A stretch of 7,396 nucleotides of DNA. Origin: a virus (lineage: Duplodnaviria > Heunggongvirae > Uroviricota > Caudoviricetes). Location of the stretch: the IMG/VR virus record IMGVR_UViG_3300029310_000108, positions 1 through 7,396 of that record, one strand, 5' to 3'. This document shows positions 4,928 to 7,396 of the stretch, piece after piece; positions within the stretch are counted from its first letter, which is position 1; each line of letters begins with the position of its first letter. The translations under genes were made by a program, and so were the position numbers. The notes below the pieces were generated by a model. It had not been told where the DNA came from and ran no database searches. It saw only the letters and a program-made list of their open reading frames with translations.

Positions 4928-5201
4928 TGATATTCACCTTTATCGCGTACACCTTTACCGGTTTATCACCGAAGTGCGGATGTGTGATTGTCTTGATTTC
5001 ATATCCGTTATACGGGACGTCTATTCTGCGACTGGAATCGTCGCGCTTCGGATATCCCTTTGTGATAATCAGGCGGTCATATTCCCGGAACATGATTCGC
5101 TTATTCCAGTAGCCATTACACAAGCGATACTCTTCCGTTTTCTCTCCGCGAATCATGGCATCGAAGTATTCACCTTTGACGGCAAGTTGCAGGTTAGCCA
5201 C
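4920..5201 (-). CDS. ASCH-domain-like (PUA-like fold, DUF3850-type) small protein
   Basis: 93-aa ORF with a GTG start at 5199-5201 preceded by AGGAGG and a 6-nt spacer. Translation MANLQLAVKGEYFDAMIRGEKTEEYRLCNGYWNKRIMFREYDRLIITKGY... follows the remembered ASCH/DUF3850 pattern (..L.V.PEYF.A...G.KT.E.R.ND..F..GD.L.L.E..). Start overlaps the upstream stop and the stop overlaps the next start, both as TGGCTAA. Confidence 0.7.
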   Translation of the reverse strand: MANLQLAVKGEYFDAMIRGEKTEEYRLCNGYWNKRIMFREYDRLIITKGYPKRDDSSRRIDVPYNGYEIKTITHPHFGDKPVKVYAIKVNING

Positions 5202-5742
5202 GGTTAACCTCCTGCGGCGGCTCTGGTAGTGGCATCCAGTACAAGGCGTTCCCTAACCACGATAAAGTGCCGTCGCTCAACTCCACGTATTCCCCTTGTA
5301 CCTGTCCTGCCATATACTCGCCGTGCTTTGAATAAATTAAAATCCAATCATCTTGAGGGGGCATTCGCTCACTACAGCTTATCCAACCATCCGGAGTTAC
5401 CGGATAGTTGCCATTCACAAGGTCAGCTCGAACATATAGCGTGTCATCATGGTGCTGATTGTGGCTGCACCACGTTAATTCGCTTAACTCGCCATCTTCT
5501 GGCCATACTCCAGCCGTTTGCAGCCAGATATGGGCTGGCGCATCTTGGCAAGGTGTATTAACTGGCAACTTGTAAGTTTGGCTTACAGGTTCTGCACTAT
5601 CAGCTTCGCGCCGCTTCTGTAGCTCTGCTGCCATCGCTCTCACGACTTCAACTGGTGCCCTTGCAGCAAACTCTATGTTGGTGATCAGCTCATTAAGATA
5701 TTGCTCGCTGGGATACTGTTTCTTATTGGTAATAGTGGTCAT
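5194..5742 (-). CDS. Phage-type protein with DUF551-like C-terminal domain (182 aa)
   Basis: ATG at 5740-5742 preceded by AAAGGAGAGTGAT, coupled to the upstream stop as TGAtATG. The C-terminal region WISCSERMPPQDDWILIY...YWMPLPEPP matches the remembered DUF551 hallmark (W...HWMPLP.PP) seen in lambdoid prophage proteins. Confidence 0.75.
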   Translation of the reverse strand: MTTITNKKQYPSEQYLNELITNIEFAARAPVEVVRAMAAELQKRREADSAEPVSQTYKLPVNTPCQDAPAHIWLQTAGVWPEDGELSELTWCSHNQHHDDTLYVRADLVNGNYPVTPDGWISCSERMPPQDDWILIYSKHGEYMAGQVQGEYVELSDGTLSWLGNALYWMPLPEPPQEVNRG

Positions 5743-5743
5743 A

Positions 5744-6166
5744 TCACTCTCCTTTCCCCTTAAGCATGGCAGCACGGCAGGCATTCCAGCCTCTCACCTC
5801 TGCAATAGCGGCAACAGCATCAACCGCGTACATGCTAAGAGGGTTAGGCATTGGTTTTTCTTCCGGCACTACAGGCACTGGCGGTGCGGTATAAAACTTC
5901 GTCCCCAGCGGCAACAACTTCATCGCTTTTTCTCCCTTAATGATGCGATAAGTTGATTTCTCACCAAGATATACCGTTCCATCCATAACAAGGCCATGTC
6001 GCTGCTCTGAAACTTCACCAATAGCCTCTGCTTCCAGCGATGCCAGCGCGATACGAAACACATTGGCAAGCAGGCTGTCTGAAGATTGGTTATCGTGCGC
6101 CGGGTCGCTCAGGAAGCCTGTGATGAATGATTTAATCTCCGCACGTTCTTTGGTAATAGTGGTCAT
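5744..6166 (-). CDS. Hypothetical protein (140 aa) sharing its first five or six codons (MTTIT) with the downstream DUF551-like gene
   Basis: ATG at 6164-6166 with AAGGA 7 nt upstream; stop TGA at 5744-5746, 1 nt before the next ATG. The first 17 nt of coding sequence are identical to the next gene. Confidence 0.65.
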   Translation of the reverse strand: MTTITKERAEIKSFITGFLSDPAHDNQSSDSLLANVFRIALASLEAEAIGEVSEQRHGLVMDGTVYLGEKSTYRIIKGEKAMKLLPLGTKFYTAPPVPVVPEEKPMPNPLSMYAVDAVAAIAEVRGWNACRAAMLKGKGE

Positions 6167-6176
6167 GTGTTAGTCC

Positions 6177-6932
6177 TTAAACTGCCAGTTGCAATTGCAT
6201 TTCAAAGCGGTCGCGTTGTTCACAATACGCAAGAGAACCAGGGCTATTGTGTGCCTCAATCCGTTCTACCATTAATGCTGCGCGTGTCTCTTTACTTGCA
6301 GGTGCATAAGCCCCAGACCAGGCTTTATCAATACCGATGTTTCGAGCGACGTTCGTACTATCTGCGCTGGCTAAGGGTAATTTTGTGAATATCAGCGGAT
6401 TTAACATGCGCAACCCATGTAGTTTCGTAACCGGCTGACCATACTCATCAACAATGTGACGAATCAGGTCTTTCATTCTGGCTACCGCAAGAGTTGGGCG
6501 CTTTACGTCATAGTCGCCACAACTACCGATAGCCACTCGCGGAAACTCATTGCACAAATGAATAAATCGCTCGTCACTTTCATTCATGTGCCACACTGGA
6601 ACGCCAGCTAGTTTTCCGTGAGGCCACTCATTCAGAAGCGCATCATTTTCCTCCTCTCCGCCATCAATAACATCCGGGATAATGGCAAAATCGAATCCTG
6701 GGTGATTCTTCCAGCGAGCAACAAACTCGTAGTAATCGCTCCAGTCGATTTTGTTTTTGCCAGCTGCTTTCCAGGCGGTGAATGCACCGTTGTCCAGCGC
6801 GAACGACTGACAGTATTCAGCCGCGAGATTGATCTGGCCTGAATGCGCAAAACTGATAAACGCATGTCGCCCTTTCCATGCTCTCATTGCGCACGTATCA
6901 GGAGTAATAGGCCCACCGTGGTAGTGAATCAT
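6177..6932 (-). CDS. tRNA-guanine-transglycosylase-fold protein, minimal TIM-barrel core (DpdA-like candidate DNA 7-deazaguanine transglycosylase)
   Basis: 251-aa ORF; ATG at 6930-6932 preceded by AAGGAG and a 6-nt spacer, coupled to the upstream stop (TGAgATG). Motif correspondences with E. coli Tgt: SFAHSG ~ GNTFHL; ALDNGAFTAW ~ LTDSGGFQVF; RVAIGSCGD ~ YAVGGLAVGE; ASADSTNVARNIG ~ DMFDCVMPTRNARNG. It lacks the C-terminal CxCxxC...H zinc subdomain and the N-terminal roughly 50 aa of tRNA-TGTs. Recalled from memory, not searched. Confidence 0.7.
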   Translation of the reverse strand: MIHYHGGPITPDTCAMRAWKGRHAFISFAHSGQINLAAEYCQSFALDNGAFTAWKAAGKNKIDWSDYYEFVARWKNHPGFDFAIIPDVIDGGEEENDALLNEWPHGKLAGVPVWHMNESDERFIHLCNEFPRVAIGSCGDYDVKRPTLAVARMKDLIRHIVDEYGQPVTKLHGLRMLNPLIFTKLPLASADSTNVARNIGIDKAWSGAYAPASKETRAALMVERIEAHNSPGSLAYCEQRDRFEMQLQLAV

Positions 6933-6933
6933 C

Positions 6934-7396
6934 TCACTCTCCTTTGATGCGAATGCCAGCGGCGCGTGGCACATTAACTTCCACGATGCGCACTGTTGGT
7001 TTGTACATCTCAATCGCTGTCAGCCAGTCAGCTCCTGTCATGCGCTTTTCCGCATCGCCATTAGTCCACTGAACCGGTACACCAATAGCCTTCATCGCGA
7101 TTTCTATTTCCCCGGCAATGGCGCTTTTTCCGCAACCAGTAAAACCAGATACAACGACCAGAACTTCACCTTTGGCTGGTTTTATTCCCCGCGCTTCCAG
7201 TTCTGCTATGCGCTTACTTCCATCCGAGATAACACCTTCGTAATACTCACGCTGCTCGTTGAGTTTTGATTTTGCTGTTTCAAGCTCAACACGCAGTTTC
7301 CCTACTGTTAGCGCAATATCCTCGTTCTCCTGGTCGCGGCGTTTGATGTATTGCTGGTTTCTTTCCCGTTCATCCAGCAGTTCCAGCACAATCGAT
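6934..7396 (-). CDS. 5'-partial ORF (start beyond the right window edge): coiled-coil region followed by a Walker A motif (GFTGCGKS) close to the C-terminus; function unknown
   Basis: Reading frame is open to the window edge: the codons at 7390-7395 are in frame with no stop, and the GTG at 7387-7389 is only the first in-frame start inside the window. Stop TGA at 6934-6936. Translation ...RVELETAKSKLNEQREYYEG...GEVLVVVSGFTGCGKSAIAGEIEIAMK... Only about 50 aa follow the P-loop. Confidence 0.65.
   Translation of the reverse strand, partial: SIVLELLDERERNQQYIKRRDQENEDIALTVGKLRVELETAKSKLNEQREYYEGVISDGSKRIAELEARGIKPAKGEVLVVVSGFTGCGKSAIAGEIEIAMKAIGVPVQWTNGDAEKRMTGADWLTAIEMYKPTVRIVEVNVPRAAGIRIKGE

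Noticed and set aside
1-7396. tRNA, rRNA, CRISPR array, IS element, integrase or att site
   Set aside because: No cloverleaf-compatible segment with a T-loop GTTCRA motif, no rRNA-like conserved blocks, no regularly spaced direct repeats with unique spacers, and no transposase or integrase-like translation in any frame.

Overview
This 7,396-bp window reads like an accessory or early region of an enterobacterial phage or phage-plasmid; it contains one 10-N assembly gap (4082-4091). All product calls come from reading the translations and remembered motifs, not from any search. The plus strand carries a single 5'-truncated ORF (1-1446) for a coiled-coil protein with a terminase-large-subunit-like ATPase core but no nuclease domain, ending at a bidirectional hairpin terminator. 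Everything else is one leftward (minus-strand) gene array from the right edge down to 1492, with strong ribosome-binding sites and several overlapping stop/start junctions. Reading it in the direction of transcription: a partial coiled-coil protein with a Walker A motif; a minimal TGT-fold (DpdA-like) transglycosylase; two small proteins with identical 5' ends, one DUF551-like; an ASCH/PUA-like protein; a secreted protein with an Ala/Thr repeat; several small unknowns including a secreted 4-Cys peptide; and finally a P1-like module of hot (Pol III theta homologue), a LexA box and humD (a UmuD' homologue that starts at the post-cleavage residue). The most interesting candidate is the TGT-like gene with its ASCH neighbour, which may be a DNA 7-deazaguanine modification function. 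I saw no rRNA, tRNA, CRISPR array, transposase or integrase.
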